From Macrostomum lignano (Eukaryota): a stretch of DNA of 64,000 nt. The number at the start of each line of letters is the position of its first letter. The stretch's first letter is position 1. Below the pieces are notes generated by a model. The model made no database searches and had not been told where the DNA came from. It was given only the letters and a program-made list of their open reading frames with translations. Below, piece after piece: positions 12,845 to 27,417 of the stretch. The stretch lies in NCBI GenBank assembly GCA_002269645.1, contig NIVC01000527.1, positions 248,001-312,000 on the forward strand. The letters are read 5' to 3'. The position numbers were made by a program, and so were the translations under genes.

Positions 12845-13408
12845 CTCTGAGAGCCAGAGTGACTGAGAGCCAGAGTGACTGAGAGCCAGAGTGACTGAGA
12901 GCCAGAGTGACTGAGAGCCAGAGTGACTGAGAGCCAGAGTGACTGAGAGCCAGAGTGACTGAGAGCCAGAGTGACTGAGAGCCAGAGTGACTGAGAGCCA
13001 GAGTGACTGAGAGCCAGAGTGACTGAGAGCCAGAGTGACTGAGAGCCAGAGTGACTGAGAGCCAGAGTGACTGAGAGCCAGAGTGACTGAGAGCCAGAGT
13101 GACTGAGAGCCAGAGTGACTGAGAGCCAGAGTGACTGAGAGCCAGAGTGACTGAGAGCAAGAGTGACTGAGAGCCAGAGTGACTGAGAGCCAGAGTGACT
13201 GAGAGCCAGAGTGACTGAGAGCCAGAGTGACTGAGAGCCAGAGTGACTGAGAGCCAGAGTGACTGAGAGCCAGAGTGACTGAGAGCCAGAGTGACTGAGA
13301 GCCAGAGTGACTGAGAGCCAGAGTGACTGAGAGCCAGAGTGACTGAGAGCCAGAGTGACTGAGAGCCAGAGTGACTGAGAGCCAGAGTGACTGAGAGCCA
13401 GAGTGACT
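12845..13408. repeat. near-perfect 16-bp minisatellite, about 35 copies
   Basis: Unit gactgagagccagagt. Confidence 0.98.
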
Positions 13409-14392
13409 CGTACAAGAACTGACAGGTGACTGCTAAAGACAGGAGGTCATAAAGAATGCAACGAGCAGTTGTTGAAGCAGACTCAACAGAAAGGAAGCGA
13501 ACTCAAGAAATTCGGAGCGGAAGCAGACGGAGAAAGGCAGGGAACCAGTTCGATCAAGCCCGGCCCCCTGTGCAAACTGGTTTTACACCTGATTTTGTTA
13601 AAAAATAGAAATTCACACTCCGCCACTGCAGAGAGTGCAACTTTTCCGCCTACTGCAGTAGTCAGTCAGATCAGAGCCCCAAAAGTTCTCCTCAGATGCT
13701 GTCTCTTGGAGGCTTGGCACACAGGATGGGACACAGGGAATGAGAAATGAGACATGGACGCCTGTCGATATGATTTATTCTCTCGCTGTCCCTCTCTCTC
13801 GCAGCGGCGCTGACAGATGAAGCTCCTCATACAGCCTCCGGCAGCGAGAACAGCGAGAGCAGAAAAAGGGATATTGATGCAAAAGAGGAGAGGCAAGCAA
13901 GAAGAAGAAAGCTAAAACTTATTCCCCAGAATTTCTGGAAGATGACAGCAGGGGATCCGGCGATTCCCGAGACCGGATTTGGGGGGCCTGCAGAAATCCC
14001 CGGATCTGGACGAAAGGGCTCGTGAAAATGATCCCCACATCACGCACTACGCCTCCCGGAGTCAGCAAGCGATGATCAGTTGAGAGTTATTGCCAGCTGC
14101 TCGGCGCCGCCCGACACAGAAAGAGAGATCTGAGAACATTTCACCTTCACGTGTCACATGAATTTTTCACTGACCGACTGCGGAGGAAGGCAGTGGAGAG
14201 GACTGGTTCCAGCCGGAATTGGGTGGGTCGAGCGGAGCATCACAGCTCATCTCCCAGCCAATCGCCCGAGCTCTGTGGGATCAGCTTTTTGTTCAGGTTT
14301 TGATCAGGTCAAGATTGCCATGGGACAGAATTAGTTGATGAGATGGAGGCCGTCAGCGGGGCACTCAGTTACTGATTCTTCCATGGTTAATT

Positions 14393-15194
14393 ACTGACTG
14401 ACTGACTGACTGACTGACTGACTGACTGACTGACTGACTGACTGACTGACTGACTGACTGACTGACTGACTGACTGACTGACTGACTGACTGACTGACTG
14501 ACTGACTGACTGACTGACTGACTGACTGACTGACTGACTGACTGACTGACTGACTGACTGACTGACTGACTGACTGACTGACTGACTGACTGACTGACTG
14601 ACTGACTGACTGACTGACTGACTGACTGACTGACTGACTGACTGACTGACTGACTGACTGACTGACTGACTGACTGACTGACTGACTGACTGACTGACTG
14701 ACTGACTGACTGACTGACTGACTGACTGACTGACTGACTGACTGACTGACTGACTGACTGACTGACTGACTGACTGACTGACTGACTGACTGACTGACTG
14801 ACTGACTGACTGACTGACTGACTGACTGACTGACTGACTGACTGACTGACTGACTGACTGACTGACTGACTGACTGACTGACTGACTGACTGACTGACTG
14901 ACTGACTGACTGACTGACTGACTGACTGACTGACTGACTGACTGACTGACTGACTGACTGACTGACTGACTGACTGACTGACTGACTGACTGACTGACTG
15001 ACTGACTGACTGACTGACTGACTGACTGACTGACTGACTGACTGACTGACTGACTGACTGACTGACTGACTGACTGACTGACTGACTGACTGACTGACTG
15101 ACTGACTGACTGACTGACTGACTGACTGACTGACTGACTGACTGACTGACTGACTGACTGACTGACTGACTGACTGACTGACTGACTGACTGAC
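14393..15194. repeat. (ACTG)n microsatellite, about 200 copies
   Basis: Perfect actg run. Confidence 0.99.
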
Positions 15195-15553
15195 GCGAGA
15201 GAAAATTTTTCCCGGGCGATTTCTCGATCGAGTCTGATAATAAAAATCGACCGATCTGTGCTTATCTATTCGGAGTTCATAAATCGCATGCAGGCATGCT
15301 TTGTTTGTATGCCTATAAATGCATGTGTACATAGTTTTTTAATGTTTTTAGAGCCGACTTGTTTCTGCACCTCATTTTGCTCTGCTGTCATTGTGTGGGA
15401 GGAATTTTTAGCGTTTGCCAAGCTCAGCACTTTCACTGGGGAAGTTATATCTGTTCTCCCAAGAGCATAGGGAAAATCCCTTGGGGGAGGGCAGGCGTGG
15501 GGGAGCGGAGAGAAGGCCACCCGGCAGTGTACACTGACAGCAACACAACTCAC

Positions 15554-15674
15554 CGCAGGTCTTGTCCGGGACGGGCGACAACGAAATCCCGGTCTCCTTG
15601 GCCGGCTCCGAGTTTGCCGCGGCCGACCCGGTCGGCACTCCTTCTACCACAAATCGGCTGATGTCGGTTGCCAT
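15554..15674 (-). CDS. candidate first coding exon 1a of KCC
   Basis: MATDISRFVVEGVPTGSAAANSEPAKETGISLSPVPDKTC, 121 nt, donor |gtgagt in phase 1. SRFVV resembles the SRFxV motif of SLC12 N-termini. Confidence 0.65.
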
Positions 15675-15707
15675 GGCAACGACAGATTCGATATGCCAAT
15701 AATTGGC
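15667..15707. promoter_or_regulatory. perfect RFX X-box plus an inverted CCAAT pair
   Basis: GTTGCCATGGCAAC at 15667-15680; GCCAAT-A-ATTGGC at 15695-15707. Confidence 0.5.
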
Positions 15708-16429
15708 TGAAAAAAATGTATTGATACTCGGTAAGTTGTTAAGCAGCGAGAGGAAGGGTTGGAGAAAGGGTCAATATATAGGCACACGGGGGAGGGGGGC
15801 TGAGCCCCTATCGCGGCTACGTATTATATAGAAGCCATAAGTGTGCCAACTGGCGGCGGGTGTGCTATTGGAAAGCTGACGGATAGTGCTGGAAGTTGAG
15901 CAGGAGGGAGAGAGAGGTGGACCAGTCTCTCAGACCAATAGGCGAGCTGCTCAGCACTGAGGTCGTGGGCGTGGGGTGGCTTATAGCTGGCTGTTCAGTG
16001 GGAAACGTCTTCCCCTAAGGATTGGAGAGGGGGGAAGTCAAGGGGAGCGACAGAATCGAGCGAGAGAAACCGGATCAATCCAGATGAATAAAACAAGTTA
16101 TCGAACCGAACCTGTGGAGCGGAGAGGCGGCGGCAAGTCAAGGGGGGTTGCGGGCGAAAGGGATGAAGGGCAATTATAAAAGGCAGATATATTAATGCCA
16201 ACGAATCCGGCTTCACTCGGATAGTTATTGAGACCAGGAGGTGGGGGCATCATTTCATTTCATTCTTTTGATCATCTGTGCCCGACTGATTGTACAATGA
16301 AATAAGAAGCTTGCACTGAACAGGTTTACTGAATAATATTCCATAATCCTGTTGGATTAACGATATGAGAAGTTGGAAGAAAGCTGCAAAGTTAAATTTA
16401 AATCAGCAGGAATGAAAACTTACCACGAA

Positions 16430-17085
16430 TTGAGGCCAACCGGAAGCTCATCGGATCGACCGGAAGCTCATCAGATCAACTGGAAGCTCCTAAAATCAAC
16501 CGGAAACTCATCGGATAAACCGGAAGCTCCTAAAATCAACCGGAAACTCATCGGATTAACCGGAAGCTCCTAAAATCAACCGGAAACTCATCGGATCGAC
16601 CGGAAGCTCATCAGATCAACCGGAAGCTCATCAAATCAACCGGAAGCTCGTCAAATCAACCGGAAGCTCATCAGATCAACTGGAAGCTCCTAAAATCAAC
16701 CGGAAGCTCATAAAATCAACCGGAAGCTCATGAAATCAACTGGAAGTTCATAAAATAAACCGGAAGCTCATAAAATCAACCGGAAGCTCATGAAATCAAC
16801 CGGAAGCTCATGAAATCAACTGGAAGTTCATAAAATAAACCGGAAGCTCATAAAATCAACCGGAAGCTCATAAAATCAACCGGAAGCTCATCAAATCAAC
16901 CGGAAGCTCATAAAATCAACTGGAAGTTCATAAAATAAACCGGAAGCTCATAAAATCAACCGGAAGCTCATCAAATCAACCGGAAGCTCATCAAATCAAC
17001 CGGAAGCTCATCAAATCAACCGGAAGCTCATAAAATCAACCGGAAGCTCATCGGATCAACCAGAAGCTCATCAGAACAGCAGGAA
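16430..17085. repeat. 20-bp minisatellite
   Basis: Unit aaccggaagctcataaaatc. Confidence 0.95.
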
Positions 17086-17444
17086 CCTACAACCCGGAAA
17101 GTGAATCAAACGTCCGACAAAGCAAATATAAAGAACTTATAATTTCTTAAAATAAAAATCGAACTCAAACCTTTGACTTCGACCTTTTTATGAAGGCTTT
17201 ATTTCGCTGTCTATTTGTTATTTGTAAAGAACAAGGATTCTTTCCAGATGTCCCCCATCGGGGGGCGAAGATTGCTAGTTAAAAGCTATAAAGGTGATAA
17301 TTATTATTATACCTGAGTGAGGTCGCAATATATCAGAATTAGTGACTCACAATCAATTGTACCTGCCTCATTTGCACCTAGCCTGTGAGTAGAGATGTCC
17401 AGCTGCGCCGGGTGCAATATGGAATCAAAGCTTGTGTGTTTGCG

Positions 17445-19070
17445 CTAGTTCTTTCCGTGTCTGAAGCAAAGTTCTCGTGTCTGACGCAAAGTTCTCGTGT
17501 CTGAAGCAAAGTTCTTTCCGTGTCTGACGCAAAGTTCTTTCCGTGTCTGACGCAAAGTTCTTTCCGTGTCTGACGCAAAGTTCTTTCCGTGTCTGACGCA
17601 AAGTTCTCGTGTCTGACGCAAAGTTCTCGTGTCTGACGCAAAGTTCTTTCCGTGTCTGACGCAAAGTTCTTTCCGTGTCTGACGCAAAGTTCTCGTGTCT
17701 GACGCAAAGTTCTCGTGTCTGACGCAAAGTTCTCGTGTCTGACGCAAAGTTCTTTCCGTGTCTGACGCAAAGTTCTTTCCGTGTCTGACGCAAAGTTCTT
17801 GTGTCTGACGCAAAGTTCTTTCCGTGTCTGACGCAAAATTCTTGTGTCTGACGCAAAGTTCTTTCCGTGTCTGACGCAAAGTTCTCGTGTCTGACGCAAA
17901 GTTCTTTCCGTGTCTGACGCAAAGTTCTCGTGTCTGACGCAAAGTTCTCGTGTCTGACGCAAAGTTCTCGTGTCTGACGCAAAGTTCTCGTGTCTGACGC
18001 AAAGTTCTCGTGTCTGACGCAAAGTTCTTTCCGTGTCTGACGCAAAGTTCTTTCCGTGTCTGACGCAAAATTCTTGTGTCTGACGCAAAGTTCTCGTGTC
18101 TGACGCAAAGTTCTCGTGTCTGACGCAAAGTTCTCGTGTCTGACGCAAAGTTCTTTCCGTGTCTGACGCAAAATTCTTTCCGTGTCTGACGCAAAGTTCT
18201 CGTGTCTGACGCAAAGTTCTTTCCGTGTCTGACACAAAGTTCTTTCCGTGTCTGACGCAAAGTTCTTGTGTCTGACGCAAAGTTCTTTCCGTGTCTGACG
18301 CAAAATTCTTGTGTCTGACGCAAAGTTCTTTCCGTGTCTGACGCAAAGTTCTCGTGTCTGACGCAAAGTTCTCGTGTCTGACGCAAAGTTCTCGTGTCTG
18401 ACGCAAAGTTCTCGTGTCTGACGCAAAGTTCTCGTGTCTGACGCAAAGTTCTTTCCGTGTCTGACGCAAAGTTCTTTCCGTGTCTGACGCAAAATTCTTG
18501 TGTCTGACGCAAAGTTCTCGTGTCTGACGCAAAGTTCTCGTGTCTGACGCAAAGTTCTCGTGTCTGACGCAAAGTTCTTTCCGTGTCTGACGCAAAATTC
18601 TTTCCGTGTCTGACGCAAAGTTCTCGTGTCTGACGCAAAGTTCTTTCCGTGTCTGACACAAAGTTCTTTCCGTGTCTGACGCAAAGTTCTTGTGTCTGAC
18701 GCAAAGTTCTTTCCGTGTCTGACGCAAAATTCTTGTGTCTGACGCAAAGTTCTTTCCGTGTCTGACGCAAAGTTCTCGTGTCTGACGCAAAGTTCTCGTG
18801 TCTGACGCAAAGTTCTCGTGTCTGACGCAAAGTTCTCGTGTCTGACGCAAAGTTCTCGTGTCTGACGCAAAGTTCTTTCCGTGTCTGACGCAAAGTTCTT
18901 TCCGTGTCTGACGCAAAATTCTTGTGTCTGACGCAAAGTTCTCGTGTCTGACGCAAAGTTCTCGTGTCTGACGCAAAGTTCTCGTGTCTGACGCAAAGTT
19001 CTCGTGTCTGACGCAAAGTTCTCGTGTCTGACGCAAAGTTTTTTCCGTGTCTGACGCAAATTTCTCGTGT
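17445..19070. repeat. 20/23-bp satellite with a 424-bp higher-order duplication
   Basis: Units cgtgtctgacgcaaagttct and ttccgtgtctgacgcaaagttct; the rare variant gacac occurs at 18231 and 18655. Confidence 0.96.
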
Positions 19071-19443
19071 CTTATTAAATCTCTTAAAAACTGACTCCCC
19101 GTCAAGAATTTAAACTTTTACTGCTCCACTTTACCTTGGAGTTCAGCTCAAGTATCCATTTTATTGTAATCATTCGCATTGGAAGATAATTATCCGAAAA
19201 TTGCAAAATATCTGACGCAAAATTATGCGTATTAGATCAAGAGATTGCTAGCAGAAAGGCTTCTGGGGCTGCTTAGGACACGGTTTAGGGCTCCGGTGAC
19301 CTAACAATTAGGGCTAGGGTTATACCTAAGGCTAAGTCGTTTTATGGATCATCTCCTTTCGATCGATACAGATCTCTAGTTTCCGGAACACCTGATCTAT
19401 GGATGAGAGGCCGTTCGAATCAAATCTAAATCAACAGCTGATT

Positions 19444-19582
19444 GACTCCTGAACACACACAAGCACGACAATACTGTACTCAGGCACGCATTCATACACA
19501 CGCTCACACAGGGTGTACAGCGGCCCTGACTGTCTAATCCTCAGGCATGTACACTCTCTGTGCCTTGGGGTTGGCCCTCATT
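19444..19582 (-). mobile_element. SINE family B, 3' fragment
   Basis: Reverse complement matches 33405-33510 (atgagggcca..ccccaaggcacagagagtgtacatgcct...gccgctgtacaccctgtgtgagcgtgtgt). Confidence 0.75.
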
Positions 19583-20191
19583 GGTCAACCGCGGAGCTGC
19601 TCTGTCCACTTTGTTAAAAGTACACGCAACAGCAGCCACAGCGAGACTTCTTAGAAAATGTTTGCGGTTGTTGTCGGATTCTGCTGCGTAAAACTTTCGG
19701 AAAGGAAAAACTAAATTAAAGTGATAGTGAGAGCTGACATTTGACGAGGTACTTGAATGTCTCTTAGTTGCCAACAAGGACTATTAGACTAGTTAGGACT
19801 AGGCTAGGACTACTCTGTAACGAAGTGTTCCTAGGGTCCTTGGTTGCCAAGTCATTAGCAGAATTTATTCAAAATTAAAGTCGCTTTCTTGGCGCAAGAA
19901 TCTTGATTGCTGCGCGGGCTCGGGGACTTCCTATCGGACCCGATGTGCCTTGATAATTCCTCAACCCACCGATTGGAAAGTGGAATTAGCCGGTCCTATC
20001 GGAATTGCGTCCGAACCCCCACTTGCGTGCATCCCCTGCGCACTTTTGTGAAGCCAGTTCACCGAGTCCAGATATGGGCAGAGACTTAAATTTAGGTTTT
20101 ATAAACCTGCGCATATGAATCCATAATGTATTCGTATTCATGGGCTGGGTTAATATCGATTCAATTTCCTTCGCTTGTGAAATAGATTAGC

Positions 20192-20995
20192 AATCCATTC
20201 TATTCCTTCATCCGTGATGGGGCTATAGATTAGCAATCCATTCTATTCCTTCATCAGTGATGGCTATAGATTAGCAATCCATTCTATTCCTTCATCCCTG
20301 ATGGCTATAGATTAGCAATCCATTCTATTCCTTCATCCCTGATGGCTATAGATTAGCAATCCATTCTATTCCTTCATCATTGATGGGGCTATAGATTAGC
20401 AATCCATTCTATTCCTTCATCAGTGATGGCTATAGATTAGCAATCCATTCTATTCCTTCATCAGTGATGGCTATAGATTAGCAATCCATTCTATTCCTTC
20501 ATCAGTGATGGCTATAGATTAGCAATCCATTCTATTCCTTCATCCCTGATGGCTATAGATTAGCAATCCATTCTATTCCTTCATCCCTGATGGCTATAGA
20601 TTAGCAATCCATTCTATTCCTTCATCATTGATGGCTATAGATTAGCAATCCATTCTATTCCTTCATCCCTGATGGCTATAGATTAGCAATCCATTCTATT
20701 CCTTCATCAGTGATGGCTATAGATTAGCAATCTATTCTATTCCTTCATCATTGATGGGGCTATAGATTAGCAATCCATTCTATTCCTTCATCAGTGATGG
20801 CTATAGATTAGCAATCCATTCTATTCCTTCATCAGTGATGGCTATAGATTAGCAATCCATTCTATTCCTTCATCCCTGATGGCTATAGATTAGCAATCCA
20901 TTCTATTCCTTCATCATTGATGGCTATAGATTAGCAATCCATTCTATTCCTTCATCATTGATGGCTATAGATTAGCAATCCATTCTATTCCCTAT
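20192..20995. repeat. 41-bp satellite, array 1
   Basis: Unit gatggctatagattagcaatccattctattccttcatcagt. Confidence 0.97.
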
Positions 20996-21671
20996 TCCAC
21001 GTTGGGTTATGATGTATATAGACCTCAGCAACGCTTATTAAATATTTCTAGAATGGAAAGGACAGTCGCTGTACCCGGTCTAAATGTGCTTAGCAATAAT
21101 TTAAATGTTAGGGAGGGCAGATGCACTGGGAAACTTTATTCTGTATAAAAATATGCGTTGTTTTACGGTCTGCATTCAGTCGGTGTTTGGCAGCTGCGCA
21201 GCTGGCGAATATTTGGATTAATATCAGGGAACAGCAGAGTCACTTATGGCTGGGGATTAAGCTGAATTGCTCCGATTAATGGACAACAAGTAAATTGGGG
21301 TTTATTCTGGAGAGGATAATGCATTTGGTACTTCGAAGTGCCATGCGGAAGTTGCTGCAGTTACAGTGGCTGCTATGCAACCGGTCCAATTTTCTGTAGC
21401 ATTCTTTGCTAGAACTATATATATATATATGAAGTTAAGCAGATATGGTCGCGGTTAGTACGTACCTAAACAAGCTGTTTGTCTATCAGTTAGAAGCAAC
21501 CACCGTGGGTGCAAGACCATGGACAACTAGTATGCTTTGTCTCTAGCGAAACCAAGCCAAATTGAGCGCACATTGAGGCTGTCCATGAGTGAGACTGGAA
21601 GTTGTTTTCTGTGAGATATGGTAATATGATATTGCATGGGCCTGAAATATAAGGGTTAGTCTGTGTGCTAA

Positions 21672-21960
21672 AGAGGGGGGGGGGCTAGTGGTAAGAGCAT
21701 CGGACTCACGACTGAAAGGTCGGGGGTTCGATTCTTGACCCACTCAGAATAATTTTGTTTCCTTGAGCAAGACGTAACTCTGCTTTGCTTCAGTTCACCC
21801 AGGGGGGTGCCAGCATTAGCTGGGGTAATTGAGGGTGTGTGGCGACCCCCCCCAGTCCTTGGACTGAACAGCCATACGCAGCCTTCAGATGCGCCGCGCA
21901 ATAGCTGCGGCTGAGCTGTCGGTTGCACATCTGGCCCAATTGCGTCAAGTGTAATCAATT
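21672..21960 (+). mobile_element. tRNA-derived SINE, family A (near full length)
   Basis: Box A gctagtggtaagagc, box B ggttcgattc, central tccttgagcaagac...cttcagttcacccag, tail cagccttcagatgcgccgcgcaatagctgcggctgagctgtc. Confidence 0.88.
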
Positions 21961-22261
21961 ATTCTCACTATTCTTATTATTGTTGCCAGTGCTGCAATGC
22001 AAGACACAACGGAGATAAGGTATAACTATTTACACTCGTTGATCAGCTCAGGTGAGCACCGCAAAAGTCAAGCCAAACCGTTAGAAGCAACCAATAAAGT
22101 TGCTCTTTTATATTTAAAATCTCAGCTAGCAACTGCAATAAAAGGAGCTTTACAATGGTGGCCAAGAATCTTGCGCCATTGGATTTGCATAGTAACAAAG
22201 ATAGAGTGGGTGTAGTTTTCATGGGACATGTACTGAGTATTGCAATACACACTCGCAATGG

Positions 22262-22475
22262 AAGAACATTGCACACAACTGTACTCTATGCAGACATATT
22301 GACACAGAACATGAACACATCTGTACTCTATGCAGACATATTGACACAGAACATGAACACAAATGTACTCTATGCAGACATATTGACACAGAACATTGCA
22401 CACAACTGTACTCTAAGCAGACATATTGACACAGAACATTGCACACAACTGTACTCTATGCAGACATATTTGCGA
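22262..22475. repeat. 43-bp minisatellite, about 5 copies
   Basis: Unit acattgcacacaactgtactctatgcagacatattgacacaga. Confidence 0.9.
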
Positions 22476-22675
22476 CACACCAGCGTCTTGCTATACAGCA
22501 AGGGTGATAAAAGCAGCCGGCAGATCAATGAGCAGCCTTGGCTTTCTGAACCAGTAAATGCGACACTGATTGTATATCGCAGCACTACTGACCCTTGGAA
22601 TCCTATAAAAGTACAAGCACATATATTATCTCTCTTGACTGCCTTTGTGTGAAACGAATGTAAATATAGCTACTA

Positions 22676-22807
<132 letters not shown>

Positions 22808-23078
22808 ATAAACGGGAAAACAACGACATTCATAATCCCGTCGGGAGATAATACGGAACCCAACAGACTGCTAAGACTGGAGAGCAAAAAAACGTAAATA
22901 ATTTTTTTAACGACGGGATTTGGGGCCGAAAACAGGTCGGAAATCATTCTCAAACCCAGGGGTGGCGAGGAGGGGGCTAAGCAGGGTCTACACTGTAAGC
23001 TTGGAATTTGCACAACGATCAAGCACAGATCCTTGTCTGCGCTGTACTTTAAGAATCCAGCTTTCCAATTGGGAGCTC

Positions 23079-23789
<711 letters not shown>

Positions 23790-24536
23790 ATAGCTTCGCT
23801 CGCTCTTTCTCGCTATCTACTATCTATAGCCAGGACCTGCACCGGAGCGGTTACGAAAATTAGATTTCTCGGTAGTTGCACGTACTCTTTTGCACTACTT
23901 GAGTAGTCTGATTTTCGTTCGGCATGGCTGGTTCCAGCAGGTAGTTCCTCTGGATAAAAGCGCTTACCGCGCCCATTGGCTTTCCAGCTGCCTTAATCGT
24001 TTCCGGTGATCTTGTGTGCGTGCTTTCAGCTTGATTGGCTGCGGCAAGCAAGCTCGAAAGAGCTCGCTTCGCTCGCTCTTTCTCGCTATCTACTATCTAT
24101 CTATCTATCTATCTATCTAACCATGTTTTATTGGCACAACTATGGTGTAACTATATTGAAGGTATTTTTTGTTTAAGCAACTCTCGCAGACAACCAGAAG
24201 GTAGTAATTTCAAGTAATGCTATTTCATTCCTTCATAGTTTATTTAAAGCGGTTTATTGTTGAATTAGAGGTAGGCCACAGAAGGCCTGTGAGCATGAGT
24301 TGGGTGCCCGCGCCTGAATAGCTGTAGCAAGACAAAGGCGGGGGATGCGGAGTCCGCATCAGTTTTGAGCAGCAGAACAATGGAAACTCAAGTCCCCTGA
24401 CTGCAGGCAGGAAAATCACCTGAACGCAGTCAGGGCCCCGCAGCAATGCCAATTTTATCTGGGTAAGTGGACCAGCAGCAAAAGCTGCTGACTGAAAGTA
24501 CATTTTTCAGTTAGAACTGCATCATGCTTATGGCCG

Positions 24537-27417
24537 AGATTAGCAATCCATTCCATTCTATCCATTATATTCCTTCATCAGTGATGGCTATAGATTAGCA
24601 ATCCAGTCTGTTCCTTTATCCGCGATTGCTATAGATTAGCAATCCATTCTATTCCTTCATCTGCGATGGCTATAGATTAGCAATCCATTCCATGCCTTCA
24701 TCCGTGATGGGGCTATAGATTAGCAATCCATTCTATTCCTTCATCAGTGATGGCTATAGATTAGCAATCCAGTCTGTTCCTTTATCCGCGATGGCTATAG
24801 ATTAGCAATCCATTCTATCCTTCATCAGTGATGGCTATAGATTAGCAATCCATTCTATTCCTCCATCTGCGATGGCTATAGATTAGCAATCCATTCTATT
24901 CCTTCATCAGTGATGGCTATAGATTAGCAATCCATTCCATGCCTTCATCCGTGATGGGGCTATAGATTAGCAATCCATTCTATTCCTTCATCCGTGATGG
25001 CTATAGATTAGCAATCCAGTCTGTTCCTTCATCCGTGATGGCTATAGATTAGCAATCCAGTCTGTTCCTTTATCCGCGATGGCTATAGATTAGCAATCCA
25101 TTCTATTCCTTCATCATTGATGGCTATAGATTAGCAATCCATTCTATTCCTTCATCTGTGATGGCTATAGATTAGCAATCCATTCTATTCCTTCATCAGT
25201 GATGGCTATAGATTAGCAATCCATTCCATGCCTTCATCCGTGATGGGGCTATAGATTAGCAATCCATTCTATTCCTTCATCCGTGATGGCTATAGATTAG
25301 CAATCCAGTCTGTTCCTTCATCCGTGATGGCTCTAGATTAGCAATCCAGTCTGTTCCTTTATCCGCGATGGCTATAGATTAGCAATCCATTCTATTCCTT
25401 CATCATTGATGGCTATAGATTAGCAATCCATTCTATTCCTTCATCTGTGATGGCTATAGATTAGCAATCCATTCTATTCCTTCATCTGCGATGGAGCTAT
25501 AGATTAGCAATCCATTCTATTCCTTCATCCCTGATGGGGCTATAGATTAGCAATCCATTCTATTCCTTCATCAGTGATGGCTATAGATTAGCAATCCAGT
25601 CTGTTCCTTTATCCGCGATGGCTATAGATTAGCAATCCATTCTATCCTTCATCAGTGATGGCTATAGATTAGCAATCCATTCTATTCCTCCATCTGCGAT
25701 GGCTATAGATTAGCAATCCATTCTATTCCTTCATCAGTGATGGCTATAGATTAGCAATCCATTCCATGCCTTCATCCGTGATGGGGCTATAGATTAGCAA
25801 TCCATTCTATTCCTTCATCCGTGATGGCTATAGATTAGCAATCCAGTCTGTTCCTTCATCCGTGATGGCTATAGATTAGCAATCCAGTCTGTTCCTTTAT
25901 CCGCGATGGCTATAGATTAGCAATCCATTCTATTCCTTCATCATTGATGGCTATAGATTAGCAATCCATTCTATTCCTTCATCTGTGATGGCTATAGATT
26001 AGCAATCCATTCTATTCCTTCATCAGTGATGGCTATAGATTAGCAATCCATTCCATGCCTTCATCCGTGATGGGGCTATAGATTAGCAATCCATTCTATT
26101 CCTTCATCCGTGATGGCTATAGATTAGCAATCCAGTCTGTTCCTTCATCCGTGATGGCTATAGATTAGCAATCCAGTCTGTTCCTTTATCCGCGATGGCT
26201 ATAGATTAGCAATCCATTCTATTCCTTCATCATTGATGGCTATAGATTAGCAATCCATTCTATTCCTTCATCTGTGATGGCTATAGATTAGCAATCCATT
26301 CTATTCCTTCATCTGCGATGGAGCTATAGATTAGCAATCCATTCTATTCCTTCATCCCTGATGGGGCTATAGATTAGCAATCCATTCTATTCCTTCATCA
26401 GTGATGGCTATAGATTAGCAATCCAGTCTGTTCCTTTATCCGCGATGGCTATAGATTAGCAATCCATTCTATCCTTCATCAGTGATGGCTATAGATTAGC
26501 AATCCATTCTATTCCTCCATCTGCGATGGCTATAGATTAGCAATCCATTCTATTCCTTCATCAGTGATGGCTATAGATTAGCAATCCATTCCATGCCTTC
26601 ATCCGTGATGGGGCTATAGATTAGCAATCCATTCTATTCCTTCATCCGTGATGGCTATAGATTAGCAATCCAGTCTGTTCCTTCATCCGTGATGGCTATA
26701 GATTAGCAATCCAGTCTGTTCCTTTATCCGCGATGGCTATAGATTAGCAATCCATTCTATTCCTTCATCATTGATGGCTATAGATTAGCAATCCATTCTA
26801 TTCCTTCATCTGTGATGGCTATAGATTAGCAATCCATTCTATTCCTTCATCAGTGATGGCTATAGATTAGCAATCCATTCCATGCCTTCATCCGTGATGG
26901 GGCTATAGATTAGCAATCCATTCTATTCCTTCATCCGTGATGGCTATAGATTAGCAATCCAGTCTGTTCCTTCATCCGTGATGGCTATAGATTAGCAATC
27001 CAGTCTGTTCCTTTATCCGCGATGGCTATAGATTAGCAATCCATTCTATTCCTTCATCATTGATGGCTATAGATTAGCAATCCATTCTATTCCTTCATCT
27101 GTGATGGCTATAGATTAGCAATCCATTCTATTCCTTCATCTGCGATGGAGCTATAGATTAGCAATCCATTCTATTCCTTCATCCCTGATGGGGCTATAGA
27201 TTAGCAATCCATTCTTTCTTCATCTGCGATGGTGCTATAGATTAGCATCCATTCTATTCCTTCATCTGCGATGGAGCTATAGATTAGCAACCCATTCTAT
27301 TCCTTCATCCCTGATGGCTATAGATTAGCAATCCATTCTATTCCTTCATCAGTGATGGCTATAGATTAGCAATCCATTCTATTCCTTCATCCGCGATGGC
27401 TATAGATAAGCAATCCA
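24537..27417. repeat. 41-bp satellite, array 2, with an 827-bp higher-order repeat
   Basis: Same monomer as 20192-20995. The deletion variant tctatcc recurs at 24814, 25641 and 26468. Confidence 0.97.

Noticed and set aside
21676-21750. tRNA gene
   Set aside because: It has boxes A and B but no convincing acceptor stem. It runs into a repeated body shared with other copies, so it is a SINE head.
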